From NCBI GenBank assembly GCA_951406725.2, contig OX597818.1, positions 71,300,001 to 71,364,000 of the forward strand: a stretch of 64,000 nucleotides of DNA, given 5' to 3'. Within the stretch, counting starts at the first letter, position 1; every line of letters starts with the position of its first letter. The translations under genes and the position numbers were made by a program. This document shows, piece by piece, positions 62,027 to 64,000 of the stretch. The notes beneath the pieces were generated by a model, which was given only the letters and a program-made list of their open reading frames with translations, searched no databases and was not told the origin of the DNA. Origin of the DNA: Octopus vulgaris (taxonomy: Eukaryota).

Positions 62027-62536
62027 TTTTGAAAGAAGGAGAGTGAGAGAGCGAGACAGACAAACAGACAAACATTGACTGTCATGTCTCAATTCACACT
62101 CATCAACCTTTCTTTTAAGTAATCCAGTCCCCTACCTGATAGCCTTAGTTATACTTTGTAACTAGCAAAATTCCATCTTCTGCTACCCTCAAAGCCATGG
62201 CCTCTCCACCATAAAGAAGGTAACCTATCTTCGACATTGGTCATATAAACACAGCCATTACTGTGTAGAGGAGAGGTGACCTCCTGAAGAGAGGAAATAT
62301 TCCTTAATAATAATGATACAGGTGACATGATAAATGATAACCTTTATGGTGCTGGTGTCATGATAAATACATCCAGTCCATTCTATGAAGAATTCTTCAA
62401 AAGAACAGATATCATATATGCTCTGGCGTTCTGTGGAAATGCCATAACAATGTTGAATCTCAGAACACTAGAGAATGGATACAATGAATTAAGGTCCTTA
62501 GGGAGTTTTCCCTGCATTTAAGCATTGTATGTACAA

Positions 62537-62598
<62 letters not shown>

Positions 62599-62685
62599 GT
62601 AGATGGCAACGGCTAAATGTATGTATGTGTGCGTGTGTGTGTAAAGCTATCTCTCTCTCTGTCTCTCTCTCTGTCTCTCTCTCTG

Positions 62686-62770
<85 letters not shown>

Positions 62771-63013
62771 GATAGATCACTGGCCACTTCTCATTCTTTA
62801 TTTTCTCTCCTTATTTCTTTCTGTGTTCCTTTGTGTGGAAGAGCGTAGGCTCGAAACGTTAAAGTCTTTTTTTGTCTACACTACTTGTCTTCGTCTTTTT
62901 TTGTGAATTCTCCCTATATATATATATATATATGATATATATATATAATATATGTATAATATATGATATATATATATATATATATAAAATACATTATATA
63001 TATATATAATATA

Positions 63014-63064
<51 letters not shown>

Positions 63065-63104
63065 TGATATATATATATATATATGATATATATATATATA
63101 TATA

Positions 63105-63143
<39 letters not shown>

Positions 63144-63527
63144 GGTGGTGCATCACCATGGCCGCAGCTCTGAGCTGAAACTTAATATATATATATATAT
63201 ATATACAAATCATGCAAAGGCATTCACATCTATCCATCATTATTGTTAACCGTTGCAGAATTCAAGCAACTCCCTACTACCCATATAAATAAAGGGCACT
63301 TGAAATGTGGGACTATTTTTTCAAACAGTTGATGAATATCTGTGTATTGTAGAAATGTCTACTTTGGTGTGAGAAACCAGTGACCTCTCCACCAACTGGA
63401 ATTTTCCATCCGACAAACAGTTTGAACAGTTTATCAACTATAATGTGTTGGTGCACATACTCAATCGTGACACCAGTTCGTTCTTCTCTTTCGTCACATT
63501 CATCATCAAAACATATTCTTTTTTTAA

Positions 63528-63860
63528 TTCATCATCATCATATTTTTCCATGCTGGCAGACGTTACACTCTTTGACAGGAACTGGCAAGCTGAGGAGCTA
63601 TCGAGGCTCCATGTCTGTTTCCGTATGCTTTCTATGACTCAGTCCTTTGTCATCTGCTCTGTGCGGCCCAATGTCTAATGGTCCTTTCTCACCACTTAAT
63701 CACACGTCTTCCTGTGTCCACCCCTTCCGCACTTTCCTTCCACAATCAAAGATCTGCACTTCTTGATGCAGCTGTCTTCATCCATATGCATTACATAATA
63801 ATACCATCGCAGTCTTCTCTCTCGCACACAGCATCCGATGCCTTATATATCGAGTTTTTC
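63528..63860 (-). mobile_element. Old RTE family A-related 3' fragment
   Basis: CATCATCATCA..TTTTCCATGCTGGCA start and downstream similarity to 32040-32800. Confidence 0.55.
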
Positions 63861-64000
63861 TTTCAAATCCACTTAATTATGGAAACATTATTGATCTGTT
63901 TAGATATGTCTGTGTGTTTTTGATTTAGTTGTTATGCTTGAGGGCCTTGTTATGTTGTTGATATTCTCTTTTCTGGTATAACTTACATTATTTGGGTTGT

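Noticed and set aside
62140-62520. Possible old LINE fragment or additional ankyrin exon
   Set aside because: No ankyrin motif or clean splice sites; too degenerate to assign by eye.

Overview
Eukaryotic, AT-rich, microsatellite-dense animal DNA. The [11 protein letters not shown]-type zinc-finger array, the tRNA-SINE families and the (TA)n load suggest an octopus/coleoid cephalopod, which is an inference from style only. There are two host genes on the + strand. The first is a single-coding-exon C2H2 zinc-finger gene with 25 fingers (4636-6756). The second is a multi-exon ankyrin-repeat gene (six exons seen, 41592-61939, probably continuing past the window) with an in-frame TAA in exon 2. 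Most of the rest is transposable elements: an apparently intact two-ORF CR1-group LINE (49786-54390), an internally deleted relative, two RTE families, a Penelope-like GIY-YIG element, a Gypsy LTR element with a nested solo LTR, Tx1/L1 pieces joined by (TC)n, a HERO-like RLE fragment, tRNA-SINEs, MITEs, palindromes and a 3.9 kb polypurine tract. The best leads are: a Myb/SANT-like domain plus twin CCCH fingers in ORF1 of the intact LINE; several hammerhead-ribozyme folds in small elements lodged in (TA)n; a PHD-like finger inserted in an RTE reverse transcriptase; and a minisatellite-like higher-order shuffle of zinc fingers. All calls were made by eye, without database searches.
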